A stretch of DNA of 64,000 bases from Octopus vulgaris (lineage: Eukaryota): positions 116,746,001 through 116,810,000 of the forward strand of contig OX597820.1 of assembly GCA_951406725.2 (NCBI GenBank). The letters are read 5' to 3'. The notes beneath the pieces are model-generated. The model was not told where the DNA came from and made no database searches. It saw nothing but the letters and a program-made list of their open reading frames with translations. This document shows, one piece after another, positions 1 through 12,517 of the stretch (position 1 is its first letter; each line of letters begins with the position of its first letter). The position numbers and the translations under genes were made by a program.

Positions 1-479
1 TAAGTGCTGAAGGTCCAATCATGTGACAGGTAGTTTGGGCTTACATGTTACCAAAGCACTAAGAGTCACTTGAAATACACGTGTACATACGTACATTCCT
101 ACATACATATACACACACATTCATACATACACACATATATACACACACACACACATATTCATACATTCATGCATACATACATTCATACATACACACACAC
201 ACACATTCATTCATACACACATGCATAGTCATACATACATATATATTAGGTTGTTTCACATGAAATGTTGCATTTATAATTACTTGTTATTTCAGTCATT
301 TAAAAACTCAATTATGTATGCCTTGCATTTAATCTTTACTCTTTTTTCTTTCCCAACAATATTGGTATACATAATTCGTACACACAGACCTTATGAAAAT
401 GATAACAACCAAACTATGTTGAGTGATTTTCTCGTAGGAGTACAAACTGGGTCGCTCTGTTCGGTACCAGATTGATCAC

Positions 480-634
480 AAAATCTAATCAGTTCGTGTC
501 AGTTATGAGGCCAAACATCCCTGAAAGTTTCATCCAAATCCATCCAGTGGTTCTTGAGGTATCTTCTCTACGGACAAACAAACTAACAAATATGACGGAA
601 AACAATACCCCTGCCTTTGCTAAGGCAGAGGTAA
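480..634 (+). mobile_element. 3' part of a Helentron/DINE-1-like non-autonomous element
   Basis: Homologous to 49480-49634; ends in the stem-loop cctgcctttgctaaggcagagg. Confidence 0.5.
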
Positions 635-664
635 TAATGATAATAATAATAATAATAATAATAA

Positions 665-1170
665 TTGGAAGTGTTATCATGTACATTGTTTTGTCTTGGT
701 ATAAAAGATGGGCTACAGCAAATATTCTGCTCAATACCACAGATTTGCTTGTCAGTTGCTTGACCTTAACCAGTTGAGCATGTCCCTTAGTGGTTGACGA
801 TATGTGCATCTCTGATCACGAGCAAAACTGGTGGGGGAGCATCATAGCCATGTGTTGAGAGGGATTTTTTGGGGTTTGAATAATTCACCTCTGGAAACAT
901 GGGTGGTTCTTTCAACATCCATAAACAACCCTTATTCAGGGACCTTTTGAGCGGGATGGACTACTCAACCTGAAGAAAATTCTAACTGGGCCCCCACCTG
1001 CAAGGTCATGTGCTGTCTATCTTGATATGAGATCACCATGTCACATGCATATGGTTGTGATGCATGTGCCTGGTGTACCCTTATCAGATGGGTAATCATG
1101 ATGGGTATACTGGGCTTCGTATATTTTACCCCAGTGTCACTTTGATGACATGAACTGCTCTCTCACTCAA
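665..1170 (+). mobile_element. non-autonomous retro-element (family E) flanked by (TAA)n
   Basis: Near-identical copies at ~45497-45925, 48653-49214 and 63726-64000(-); 3' end ctctctcactcaa(TAA)n. Confidence 0.7.
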
Positions 1171-1231
1171 TAATAATAATAATAATAATAAGATTATGAT
1201 GATGATGATATATATATATACACACACACAC

Positions 1232-1623
1232 TGTGCTTGAGGAGACTTATTGAGTCAAGTACATCAGCATCAAAAAATCAAATGGAAATCGTAGTTATGA
1301 TACCCGTGCCAGTGGCACATAAAAAGCACCTTCCAAACGTGGCCGATGCCAGCGCTGCCTTGATTGGCTTCTGTGCTGGTGGCACATAAAAAGCACCAAC
1401 CGATCGTGGCTGTTGCCAGCCCCCTCTGGTCCCTGTGCCGGTGGTTCGTAAAAAAGCACCCACTACACTCTTGAGAGGTTGGCATTAGGAAGGGCATCCA
1501 GTTGTAGAAACACTACCAGATCAGACTGGAGCCTGGTGCAGCCTCCTGGCTTCCCAAACCCCAGTCGAACCGTCCAACCCATGCTAGCATGGAAAACGGA
1601 CGTTAAACGATGATGATGATGAT
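1232..1623 (+). mobile_element. retro-element family D (3' end ...catggaaaacggacgttaaacga(TGA)n)
   Basis: Shared tail ggaagggcatccagctgtagaaa...gttaaacgatgatgat recurs many times, e.g. 5610-5758, 15108-15263, 47080-47230, 52093-52250(-). Confidence 0.7.
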
Positions 1624-1640
1624 GGTGAAGTAACACATAA

Positions 1641-1985
1641 ATGGTGGTGGTGGCAGCGGTGGTGGTGGTGGTGGTGGTGGTGGCGGTGGTGGTGGTGGTG
1701 GAAGTGGTGGTGGTGGTGGCAGTGGTGGTGGTGGTGGCTAGTGGTGGTGGTGGTGCAGAGAGTGGTGGTGGTGGTGGTAGACCACAATCAAAAACAATTT
1801 GGTTTCCATGTATCAAGGAACTGAGCAAAACTTAGTTTCTGCGCAGAAAGGGTTAGTGTATCTCAGTGGCAGTGGTGGTGGTGGTGGTGGTGGTGGTGGT
1901 GGCAGTGATGGTGGTGGTGGTGGCAGTGGTGGTAGTGGTGGCAGAGGCGGTGGTGGTGGTGGTGGTGGTGGCAGTGGTGGTGTTG
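1641..1985. repeat. (GGT)n-rich low-complexity tract
   Basis: Two imperfect (GGT)n blocks; they produce the spurious poly-V/G/H/T ORFs. Confidence 0.95.
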
Positions 1986-2329
1986 GTAGGGGTGAGGTAG
2001 GGGGAACAATGAGCCAGGAATAAAAGGAAATGATTCAGCTGTAACTTTGCAGTTCAAATTTGGGGACTTTTTGTTTTTTCTTTCTTTTACTTTTGTTGTT
2101 GTCTGCTGATTTGTAAATGACCGACAATGGAGAAAGTCATTTTAGGGGCCAAATTAGATTATGTTAGAGGGAAAAAAAAAGTAGTGGTAAGTAGCTTGCT
2201 TACCAACCACATGGTCCTGAGTTCAGTCCCACTGCGTGACACCTTGGGTAAGTGTCTTCTACTATAGCCTTGGGCTGAGCAAAGCCTTGTGAGTGGATTT
2301 GGTAGACGGAAACTGGAAGAAGTCCGTCG

Positions 2330-2376
<47 letters not shown>

Positions 2377-3419
2377 CCGTGTGTGTATGTATGTGTGTGT
2401 ATGTATATGTTTGTGTGTCTGTGTTTGTCCCCCTCGCTGAGCATCACTTGACAACCAATGCTGGTGTGTTTACATCCCCGTAACTTAGCGGTTCGGCAAA
2501 AGTGAGCAATAGAATAAGTACTAGGATTACAAAGAATAAGCACTGGGGTCGATTTGCTTGACTAAAAGCAGTGCTCCAGCATGGCCACAGTCAAATGACT
2601 GAAACAAGTAATAGAATAAAAAGAATAACCCCATAACAACTACAACCCTTGGCAGCATGGAAAATAGATGTTAAATGATCTTTTACTTGCTTCTGGCATT
2701 AGACTGTGGCCATGCTGGGGCACTATTTCGAAGGCTTTTTAATTAATAGAATCAATCAACCCCAGTACTTTTATTTTCTAAGTTTGGTATTTATTCAAAT
2801 TACTCTTTTGGCAAACCACTAAGTTACAGGGATGTAAACACTCCAACACCGGTTCTCAAGTGGTGGTGAGGGACAAACACAGACACACATGCATGCATAT
2901 ATGTGACCAGTTTCTTTCAGTTTCCCAGTCGAGGTGGCACTGGCTTCGGCCACGATTTGGATGGTGCTTTTTACGTGCCACCGGCACGGAAGCCAATCAA
3001 GGCGGCACTGGCTTCGGCCACGATTCGGATGGTGCTTTTTACATGCCACCGGCACGGAAGCCAGTCGAGGCGGCACTGGCTTCGGCCACGATTCGGATAG
3101 TGCTTTTTACGTACCACCAGTCCAGGGGTCCTGGCATCTGCCGGGTACCAGTCATAGGATAGGTTCAATTTCGATTCCGATTCCATGTGCCTAGTTAATT
3201 GAAGGTCCCAGTGAGTCTCACTCCACTCCAAGTCTAACCAGTTCTAATTTCCTCTTTGAAGAAATTGTCAGAGAGTCAAAAAGAAAGAATGAAAGAAAAA
3301 AGAAGAATCAATCACAGAACAGAAATTCTATTGTTGCAAATCAACTCAAGAAGAAAAGTTAAAGAAAGACAAAAAGTGGAAAACTTGAACAGAGTTGTGT
3401 ATTCAGTGAAACAGGCATA

Positions 3420-3542
3420 TGAGTATATATGTATGTATATGAATACATACATACATACACACATGTATATATGTATGTATGTATATATGTATGTATCTAT
3501 ATATATTCATATTATATATATATATATATATACACACACATT

Positions 3543-3596
<54 letters not shown>

Positions 3597-3668
3597 CATA
3601 TAAATGTATGTATATATAAATGAATATATATATGAATATATATATATATATATATATCATGATGATGA

Positions 3669-3704
<36 letters not shown>

Positions 3705-3780
3705 TCATCATCATCATCATCATATATATATAATATATATATATATATTCATTACATATATATACACACACACATACATA
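3420..3780. repeat. (TA)n/(CAT)n/(TACA)n compound microsatellite
   Basis: Seen directly. Similar compound tracts at 81-245, 4440-4610, 7090-7290, 16440-16790, 43706-44080, 60675-61035 and 62590-63000. Confidence 0.95.
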
Positions 3781-4290
3781 ATTTTTTGTTTTGCTTGTAG
3801 AGGAACACCAGACCATTTGTTTTGTTTTCGTTATGTTTCTTCGTTAGTGAGAAAGACCACACCCTACACTCCGATTAGAATATCTCCATTTTTTAAAAAT
3901 TCGTTGGATAACTTTTGAGAGTGTAGAGTTCCGAATATCAAGAAAACCAATTTCTCTGAAAATAAAAAGAAATATATTAATTTAAAAAAATTTTTTTTAA
4001 CCAAAGTTGGAATGACTCAGCAGAAATCCTGATGCAGTTTAATACAAAGGAAGAAGCTGCTGGAAAAAAATTGAATGAAGAGAAAATGAGAGCCTCTCAA
4101 TGCTGAGTAGGTTTGAAACCCACATCATTCATATGTAACAATGCATTGTGGAAACAATGGAGAAAGTTTATTATCTGGGACTGAAGATCGCACACAGTAA
4201 TTCAACAGTGTTCTTATATGTCTGTATACACACACACACATATGTATACATATGTATATATATATATTTAGCCCCCCCCCTCTCTCTCGC

Positions 4291-4322
<32 letters not shown>

Positions 4323-4547
4323 TTAATATTTGAGGGAATAAAATCCAAAATTTACAAGTAAAAAAAAATTCAATTTAGAAATACTAAATCAAATTTCACA
4401 CAATATAATTATAATTTAGTGAAACAGGCATATGAGTATATATGTATGTATATGAATACATACATACATACATACATATGTATATGTGTATGTATGTATG
4501 TATGTATGTATGTATGTATGTATATTTATTTATATATATATATATAT

Positions 4548-4595
<48 letters not shown>

Positions 4596-4939
4596 CACAC
4601 ACACACACACACATTAGATGGTGTAATTTAATTGTTCATTTTGAATTGATAAAAGGTGGGTTTTTTCTAATTTTATATATATATATATATATTGATAGAA
4701 ATAGTAAGACAACAAAAGAATGAAAGAGACCTCGATATTATGTAAATAGAGGAATTTATCTGTAAATGTAACATGTGATAATTATTCGGTAGCCATGATA
4801 AAACTCTGAGTTTCAGATGTCGGGGCAGAAATCCATGCTGCCATCTCTGATGGCTGGATAACAGAAGAGATGGCAGTGTGGGTTTCTGCCCCAACATCTG
4901 GCTACCGAATAATTGAAACATATTACATTTATATATATA

Positions 4940-5758
4940 TGCCTCACCGAGGCAATGACCAGCGACTGAGACCTTTGGAAATATGCTGTGCGTGAGAAGA
5001 CCAGGCAGGACAAGTGAGTCCAGCCCACTTATGCATGTCTTTCCTCCCTTGGACACACAAAGACCTGTTGAGGCAAGCGAAGTCAAAATCGTACCTCATC
5101 CGACGACAGGCACCCATGCCAACCCCCCTTTATTGGACACTAAACTCTGCTTGCGAAGACCTGTTGGGGCAAGTGAAATCGAATTCGAAATTGGAATTGA
5201 AATTGAACCAATCCTATGACTGGCACCCGGCAGTTGCCAGGACCGCTGAACTGACTCCTGTGCAGGTGGCAAGTGAAGTAACACCATTTCGACCCTGTGC
5301 TTGAGGAGATCCATTGAGTTAAGTACACCAACATCAAAATCAATGGAAACTGCAGTTGTGATCCCTGAGCCGGTGACATGTAAACAGCACCATCTGAAGG
5401 TGGCCGATGCCAGCGCCGCCTAGACTGGCTTCCGTGACGGTGGCACGTAAAAAGCGCTATCCGAATCGTGGCCGATACCAGTGCCGCCTCGGCTGGCTTC
5501 CGTGCTGGTGGCACGTAAAATGCACCAATCCGATCGTGGCCATTGCCAGCCTCACCTGGCACCTGTGCAGGTGGCACGTAAAAAGCACCCACTACACTCA
5601 TGGAGTGGTTGGCGTTAGGAAGGGCATCCAGCTGTAGAAACACTGCCAGATCAGACTGGAGCCTGGTGCAGCCTCCTGGCTTCCCAGACCCCGGTCGAAC
5701 CGTCCAACCCATGCTAGCATGGAGAACGGACGTTAAACGATGATGATGATGATGATGA
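4940..5758 (+). mobile_element. longer family D element
   Basis: Starts with gcctcaccgaggcaatgacc...agacctttgg, also seen at the RTE 3' end 32875-32960; ends in the (TGA)n tail. Confidence 0.65.
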
Positions 5759-5943
5759 CACAAGATGTTCTGAAATCAAGGCAACTGATGTTTTGGGCTT
5801 TAATAGCTATCAATAAGATGTGATAAGATATGAAAATTATACATTGTTATAAAAGTTTATTGTGTTGTCTTTTTGTTTCAGACTAAATGAACACAGCTTT
5901 ATAAGCTTTATAAGTTAGATAGTGGCTATAGACCACAATACAG

Positions 5944-6610
5944 TCATCGTCCTCCACAAAGGAGGCAAAAGTAATACAGTAATAAATCTTGGAAATTGTG
6001 AAGAAATTCCAAGAGATTAGTTCCAGTGTTGATCAACCTGGACATTGCTGAAAAAGAAGTGTTTGGATCCCTCGGCTTATTAAAGGTACTGGAGAAAAGG
6101 TTGTTGCAAAATCCCCTTTGTTCCATCAGCAAACTAGCTTCCCCAGCAAGAATAAGGCTAACATCAATGTATTTAGTACTGGAGGAGAATTCCAGGACCC
6201 ACCCCTTCCAGATGATCCACTGTCATGAGCTGATGCAAGTTTATAAGGCCATGAGACGGGAGAGAAGTGGTCTTACCCTGCATCATATTGCTGAAGGCAT
6301 GCTGCCCAGCCTGGCGTTCACTGCTGAAAAGAAATTTGACTTCAAACAGGCAGTAACACACATGGACATGCCTACAAAGTCAGAAAACAACACAGCTCCC
6401 ATGACTTTCAGAAACATTTTTTCACGCTCAGAGTTGCTGAAGCATGGAACAAACTGCCTGTTTCAGTTGTTGACTGCCATGACACTGCATCCTTTAAGGC
6501 CCTCATGCTTTCCGAAATCCGCCAAAACTACACCTGATTATACATACACTTTAGATGAGTTGTAGTGCACCTGAGCACTGTACACAATGTTTTTATTATT
6601 ATTATTATTA
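5944..6610 (+). mobile_element. CR1/L2-clade LINE 3' remnant
   Basis: 3' end reads GHAYKVRKQHSSHDFQKHFFTLRVAEAWNKLP, the typical CR1/L2 C-terminus, followed by a (TTA)n tail. The 5' boundary is uncertain. Confidence 0.65.
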
Positions 6611-6699
6611 AATCACCAGAATGGCCGAGTTTGGAGTGTATCTGTCTCTGTCGAGGGTAGACTTGTAAATTGACATCAAAATCTACAGTCTGTTATGGT

Positions 6700-7093
6700 T
6701 TGGGCAGCTGTGACAGCCACTGGAATGTTTCCCCTTGTTTTTGTGCCCTCCAAGGTTAAAATTTACACTGAGTGATACCTTAGCGACATTCTGGAAGCTG
6801 AACGGCTTCCATGGTGAATGAATATTCTCAAGGCACACCTTGCAGCCTCCAACAGGACTTGACACTGTCCCGCAGCTCCAAACAGAGACAACACTCGATT
6901 CAGAAGAATGTTCCATTGTTCATAGGCAAGGATGTATGGCTTTCAAGAAGCCCTGATCTCAACCTGCCTTGAGTACTCCTCATGCTATGCTCAACACTCT
7001 GAAGGCAAAACTGCACCAGACCCAAAATATAACAATATTTTTGCTTTGGCAAAATTGAAGGTAGTTGGTGGCCTTAATTTTGGGATACCCTGT
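6700..7093 (+). mobile_element. Tc1/mariner remnant
   Basis: Degenerate WLSRSPDLN motif at ~6937-6963 and a TIR-like end ttttgggataccctgTA. Confidence 0.5.
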
Positions 7094-7251
7094 ATATATA
7101 TATAAACATGTAATAAATAATATAATATATATATAGATATATATACATACATATATATATATATATATACATATAGATATATATACATATACACATATAT
7201 ATATATATACATATATATATATATGCGTGTGTGTATGTATGTGTATATATA

Positions 7252-7290
<39 letters not shown>

Positions 7291-7802
7291 GAATATATGG
7301 GTACAGGACTTCATCAATGGTGCAAATAACATGAAATATGTAAACAAACGAGGGAAAAAATGAGTAAAATACATAACAAAAAAACAGGGAAAACAGGACA
7401 AGAAAACACAGAGAAAGAACCCTTCATCAGTTGTCAGCTGCCTATCTACTCCTCATTTCGAGCATTTATATATATATCCTATGTGCACAGTTAAATGTAC
7501 AACTGCTACTCCGTGCAGAGAATCATCATCTGTTTACTTCCATTTAAGTGGTGTGGTCACGAGTGATCTAGAGATTTGGGAACAGCCTGCTAGGGCAAGT
7601 GAAAGTTAATTAAAAACCCGGATGCTTGAAGGTTTGAAAGGTCACCAGGAGAGAATGTGTACCATTTCAAGGCCTTCATCTCTGTAGCTTTACGGCACAC
7701 CAGCTCCCCTCACTGAAGTGACACCCCCTACCTGCTATTTCGACTGACTAGTATTTGACCCCAACTCCATTTCAGGATAACCACTTGTCCAGTCAGATTT
7801 CA

Positions 7803-7985
7803 TCACACCTGGAATTTCTTTTCTAATTCTACTAAATATTCACCTGTAATAATGAGGTTATTCCATGGCCATCCAGTTTTAAATTCCTTTGCTATGGCCG
7901 GCAGGACTCTGATGAATAGAAGTGGACTAAGAACTGAGCCTTGGTAAGCCCCTGCCTGCACACTGAATTCATCAGTGTACATAGT
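7803..7985 (-). mobile_element. RTE-clade LINE RT fragment
   Basis: TDEFSVQAGAYQGSVLSPLLF, the RT QGxxLSP motif. Confidence 0.75.
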
Positions 7986-8019
7986 GTACGCATATACATA
8001 GTAAGATCCATTAGGTCCA

Positions 8020-8495
8020 TAATAATAATAATGAAATGATTGTATACAGTGCTCAGGTGCACCACAACTTGTCAGAAAGTGCGTATAAAGCATATGCAGT
8101 AATGTAGAAATGTCTGGAAAGCGAACAATGTATGAGTCAGATACATGCTTGCGTGTGTATGGAGGGGAGAAAATCAGGTGTAGTGTTGGCGAATCTCAGG
8201 AAGCATGGAAGTTTTGAAGGATGCAGTGCTCCGACAACTAACAACTGTTTGTTCCATGCTTCAGCAACTTTTAGCGTGAGAAAATGTGTTTCCGAAAGTC
8301 ATGGGAGCTGTGCTGTTTTCTGACTTTGTAAATATGTCCACGGGTGTTAGATGGGTGGAGTTTGAAAAGGTGCTCAGAGTTATTGTTTGTACGATGGTTG
8401 ATAATTTTATGGGTGTCTGCCAAGTCAGCTGCCAGATATCGGAGTTTCAATGTGTCCATGCCCGGGTAAAAGGAATCAACGTTTCCTATACTCAT
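8020..8495 (-). mobile_element. CR1/L2 LINE 3' end, same family as 5944-6610
   Basis: TLKLRYLAADLADTHKII...TRGHIYKVRKQHSSHDFRKH, with the shared 3' UTR gtgcacctgagcactgta. Confidence 0.75.
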
Positions 8496-8809
8496 CTCTC
8501 TTCACAAGTCTTTCAACTCAATTTCCAAGTGTTTTGGACAATGTAAGGGAGATAACTACTGTTAATACCGTATGAAAGGTCTTTCTAGTTTGAACGACTG
8601 AACTGTCTTCATGACGTATATATGTAGTACACACGCGCACATAGGCACACACACACGTACGTACGTACGTACGTATGTATATATGATAGCCGTGTTTCAG
8701 TTCCCATCTACCAAATCTACTCACAAGAAACTATAGTAGAAGACAGTTGTGGTGGGATTGAACCCAGAGCCATGTGGTTGGGAAGCAAACTGCTACCACA
8801 GCCAGATAC

Positions 8810-8877
<68 letters not shown>

Positions 8878-8879
8878 TG

Positions 8880-8912
<33 letters not shown>

Positions 8913-9072
8913 GCGCAGGAGTGGCTATGTGGTAAGTAGCTGCATACGGACCACATGGTTCCAGGTTCAGTCCCACTACGTAGAACCTAGGGCTACTCTC
9001 TTCTACTATAGCCTCGTGCCGACTAAAGCCTTGTGAGTGGATTTGGTAGACGGAAACTGAAAGAAGCCCGTC

Positions 9073-9111
<39 letters not shown>

Positions 9112-9289
9112 ATGTAGGATAAAATTTTTTTCGAAAAAAAAAAGAGTAGGTCATAAAACACATCTGTGGCCCTTTCAGGAGTTCACTGTTGCAGTCCGAT
9201 TGCAAGTGAAAGCGCAACTCGGCAATGACCCCCTCATTAGGATGAACAGAACCCTCTAGGAAATTCACAATCAAGTCAATTCGATTCAA

Positions 9290-9490
9290 TTTTTATTGGC
9301 TCAAAAAGCAAAAGCAAGGCCATGTAGGGGGACAGGGAGTTATGTACAGGGAGGGTGGTCATACAATGAGTTCATGCCATTTCTGGTCAAGAGAGACTTT
9401 GAATCGAGCGGTCGTCGGCATCTTCACTATCTCGTCCGGCAGCTTATTCCACGGATCCGCATCCCGGACGGAGAAAGCCCCCTCTCCTTC
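9290..9490 (-). mobile_element. CR1-like LINE 3' end
   Basis: GAFSVRDADPWNKLPDEIVKMPTTARFKVSLD. Confidence 0.65.
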
Positions 9491-9599
9491 GATTGAGATG
9501 AAATCGTCGTAGATAGAGCTTTTCGGAGTGACCCCGCAACCCACGCTGCGTCGTTCACAAAAGTTACAATACGACGTCATAATAGCCATTCGGATATCA

Positions 9600-10300
9600 T
9601 CTTTAGTTAGGACCTGCTGGATAGATCCCAACCTTATGCTCAAAAAACTTCCCATTGTCTTTTGAAGGACCATAAGCCTGATTTTTTTTTTTTTATCAAA
9701 TCCTTCGATTAGATTAATCTGCCCAACCAAGTTTGATCTGGGCAGAATTAGTAAGCATATTACTGATAGGATTATTCCCATCATTAGGATAAGTTTCAAC
9801 TTCCCCTATAGAACTTTACTGGGGATGTTATTTTATGGTTTGACTCTCTTATTGATAAGCCTAATTTAGACATTATCCAGTTTGATATTTCCTTTTACCC
9901 CATATTGCTAAATAAGGCTTTGATTATCGCTCGGAAATTTACGAATATCCCTAGTTTGGATGCTGATGTCATTTTAGCAGTAAGGGAGACCCTCATTTCA
10001 CTCAACGAGCGTAATTGGAGGAGGGCTGATTCCACCAACTTCTTTGATATTACTTTGGGGTCCTCGGATTAAGCACAGGTGACCGATTTAGTGGGTCTAT
10101 ATCCCCTTTCGCAGATTAAGGATAGTTTTACCCTCCTTACTGGGGGATTATATAGGGATGATCCATTTCTAGTCCAAAACTGCATTGACTAGATTAAAGA
10201 AATATTTGAGAAATTTCATAAAAGATTTCTTTAATCGTAACATTATTTTTTAGGTTAAATCCAGAATGGTAATTTCTTGGACGTTATTTTTGAATTTGGG
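9600..10300 (+). pseudogene. Penelope-like element (PLE) reverse transcriptase relic
   Basis: Frameshifted motifs in PLE RT order: LKDHKPDF, NPSIRLICPTKFDLGRISKHI, IIQFDI, FFDITLGSSD*AQVTDLVGLY, GGLYRDD. Confidence 0.75.
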
Positions 10301-10594
10301 TACTTCTGTGCTTATATATGTATTTCTTTTAGGCGAAAATAAAGAATACGTATTCCTGGTGTTTAGGGTCAGGTTTTTTTTTATGCCAAAAACGGGTGGT
10401 GTACCTATTCTTTATTTCCGCCCTTCTTTCATATGTTGAAGGCCATGGTATTATGTGTATATGATGGAATGTAGAGAAGCGTGAAGTTATATAAAGTCGT
10501 TGGCCCGAATCGACCGTTTGTTCTCTAATCAATGATTTTCTTTTTGTCTCTACCTCAATTTCTCTTGAGCACTTTTTTTTTCAGTTCTATATAT

Positions 10595-10825
10595 ATTTCT
10601 TTACTACCCACAAGGGGTTAAACACAGAAGGGATAAACAAGGACAGACAAAGGGATTAAGTCGATCACATCGACCCCAGTGCGTAACTGGTACTTAATTT
10701 ATCGACCCTGAAAGGATGAAAGGCAAAGTTGACCTTGGCGGAATTTGAACTCAGAACGTAACGACAGACGAAATATGGCTACGCATTTCGCCCGGCGTGC
10801 TAACGAGTCTGCCAGCTTGCCGCCT
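10595..10825 (-). mobile_element. tRNA-derived SINE family B
   Basis: Head ggcggcgagctggcaga...gagttcaaattcc and body gcctttcatcctttcggggtcgataaattaagtaccag. Other copies at 11242-11460(+), 37205-37438(-), 50112-50342(-), 61890-62305(-). Confidence 0.8.
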
Positions 10826-10870
10826 TCATATATCTTTTGTTTCCATGAAAAGAAACGAAAATTATTTCTT

Positions 10871-10940
<70 letters not shown>

Positions 10941-11241
10941 TACACACACACACGCACACACGAGGAGATACTGGAATGTTCCTGGCTGTAGATAAAAGAA
11001 AATACAGGCAGATCAGTTAATTATGATTTTATTCAACATATTCCCCTCTCAGATTCACACATTTATGGCAGCAGTCCTCCAGTCTTTCTAAGCCCTGTAA
11101 AAGAACTCGGAAGGTTGGACCTCCACCCAGGTCTTTCGCGACACCCTTAAACCGGAGAACTTTTTAACACCCCTCTGTGTGTGTGTGTGTAAGCTATATA
11201 TATATGGTATAAAAGACACGAACGTATTAGACGTAGCGCAA

Positions 11242-11460
11242 GGCGGCGAGCTGGCAGAAACGTTAGCACGCCGGGCGAAATGCGTAGCCGTATTTCGTCT
11301 GCCGTTACGTTCTGAGTTCAAATTCCGCCGAGGTCGACTTTGCCTTTCATCCTTTCGGGGTCGATAAATTAAGTACCAGTTACGCACTGGGGTCGATGTA
11401 ATCGACATAATCCGTTTGTCCCCTCTGTGTTTAGCCCCTTGTGGGCAGTAGTGAAATACA
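11242..11460 (+). mobile_element. SINE family B
   Basis: Full copy, inverted relative to 10595-10825. Confidence 0.8.
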
Positions 11461-11774
11461 TATTCAGGGAAAAAATGTTTTTAGTTCATTAAAACCTATG
11501 GGGAAAGACACAACTTTGCGTACAGGTTCTGATGTTATTCTTTCTTTTTCATTTCTGTTTCTCTCTTTGTGTGTGTGTGTGTGTGTGTGTTTTATATACT
11601 ATCAAATGTGATAGTTTATAATCTTCTAAAACGTGTCAATAGTATGATGGAAAGTTTCTAGAAACGAAACTATTTCTCTTCGACATTGTCAGCCGAGAAC
11701 TTAATGTAAATAGTCAATTTGATTAGAATTTATGTTATGTTAGGGAGCTAATTTTCTTTCCTATTAATTAATAT

Positions 11775-12168
11775 AAGCGTAAGAGTAGCTGTGTGGTAAG
11801 TAGCTTGCTTACCAACCACATGGTTTCGGGTTCAGTCCCACTGCGTGGCACCTTGGGCAAGTGTCTTCTACTATAGCCTCGGGTCGACCAATGCCTTGTG
11901 AGTGGATTTGTTAGGCGGAAAGTGAAAGAAGCCCGTCGTATATATGCATATATGTGTGTTTGTGTGTCTGTGCTTGTCCCCCCAACATTGCTTGACAATC
12001 GATGGTGGTGTGTTTACGTCCCCGTAACTTAGCGGTTCGGCAAAAGAAACCGATAGAATAAGTACTAGCCTTACAAAGAATAAGTCCTGGGGTCGATTTG
12101 CTCGACTAAAAGCGGTGCTCCAGCATGGCTACTGTCAAATTACTGAAACAAGTAAAAGAGTAAAGAGT
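11775..12168 (+). mobile_element. tRNA-derived SINE family A
   Basis: A/B-box-like head (gtggtaag...ggttcagtccc), central (TA)/(TG) microsatellite and tail gaaacaagtaaaagagtaaa; more than a dozen copies in the window. Confidence 0.85.
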
Positions 12169-12439
12169 AATTAATTAATTGGTTAATTATTTATCTAATT
12201 TACTACTAAGAAGTTCAAAGATCAATATAGTTCTAAAAACGAGGGAAAAAATGGAAAAAACTTCTATATTCTGCTAATCAAACGGTAACAAAATAATATA
12301 AGCTCTTTAAATTAGGGAATATTTTAAAATTAGGGACGATATTTAAATTAGGGAAAATCTTTAAACAAGGAGCGAGAGATTTGAAATTCCGCCTAGCGAC
12401 CAAAGACCAAACGATATTCAGATTCGGTTAAGGTCCGCT

Positions 12440-12452
12440 GTTGCTAGGCAAC
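12440..12452. promoter_or_regulatory. RFX X-box in the promoter of the EF-hand gene
   Basis: GTTGCTAGGCAAC is a near-palindromic match to the RFX X-box consensus. It sits in a CpG-containing, repeat-free stretch 65 bp before a strong donor. A half-site-like CCTAGCGAC lies at 12392-12400. Confidence 0.8.
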
Positions 12453-12454
12453 AC

Positions 12455-12517
12455 AACGCCAGACTCTTAGAGTGCTGGAATTTCGTTACTTCGTTTAAAA
12501 GTCGAGTGAGTCATAAC
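12455..12517 (+). other. probable non-coding first exon (5' UTR) of the EF-hand gene; start approximate
   Basis: Donor AAC|GTAAGT at 12517/12518 just downstream of the X-box. The first coding exon has its own acceptor before the ATG, so an upstream UTR exon is needed. Confidence 0.6.

Noticed and set aside
3800-3958. Minus-strand terminal coding exon after a strong acceptor
   Set aside because: Only short frames (EIGFLDIRNSTLSKVIQRIFKKW...) with no recognisable homology; kept only as a possible partner for the antisense donor.
3405-4475. Direct duplication of agtgaaacaggcatatgagtatatatg... at ~3405 and ~4418
   Set aside because: Short, mostly microsatellite, and unremarkable in this repeat context.
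6026-6565. 179-aa ORF as a host gene
   Set aside because: Its 3' part overlaps a CR1/L2 3' end whose recognisable motif is in another frame, and no splice-consistent structure links it to a gene.
7418-7466. Minus-strand GAAA ... CTGATGA as a permuted hammerhead
   Set aside because: Core words are present, but I could not build convincing stems I-III.
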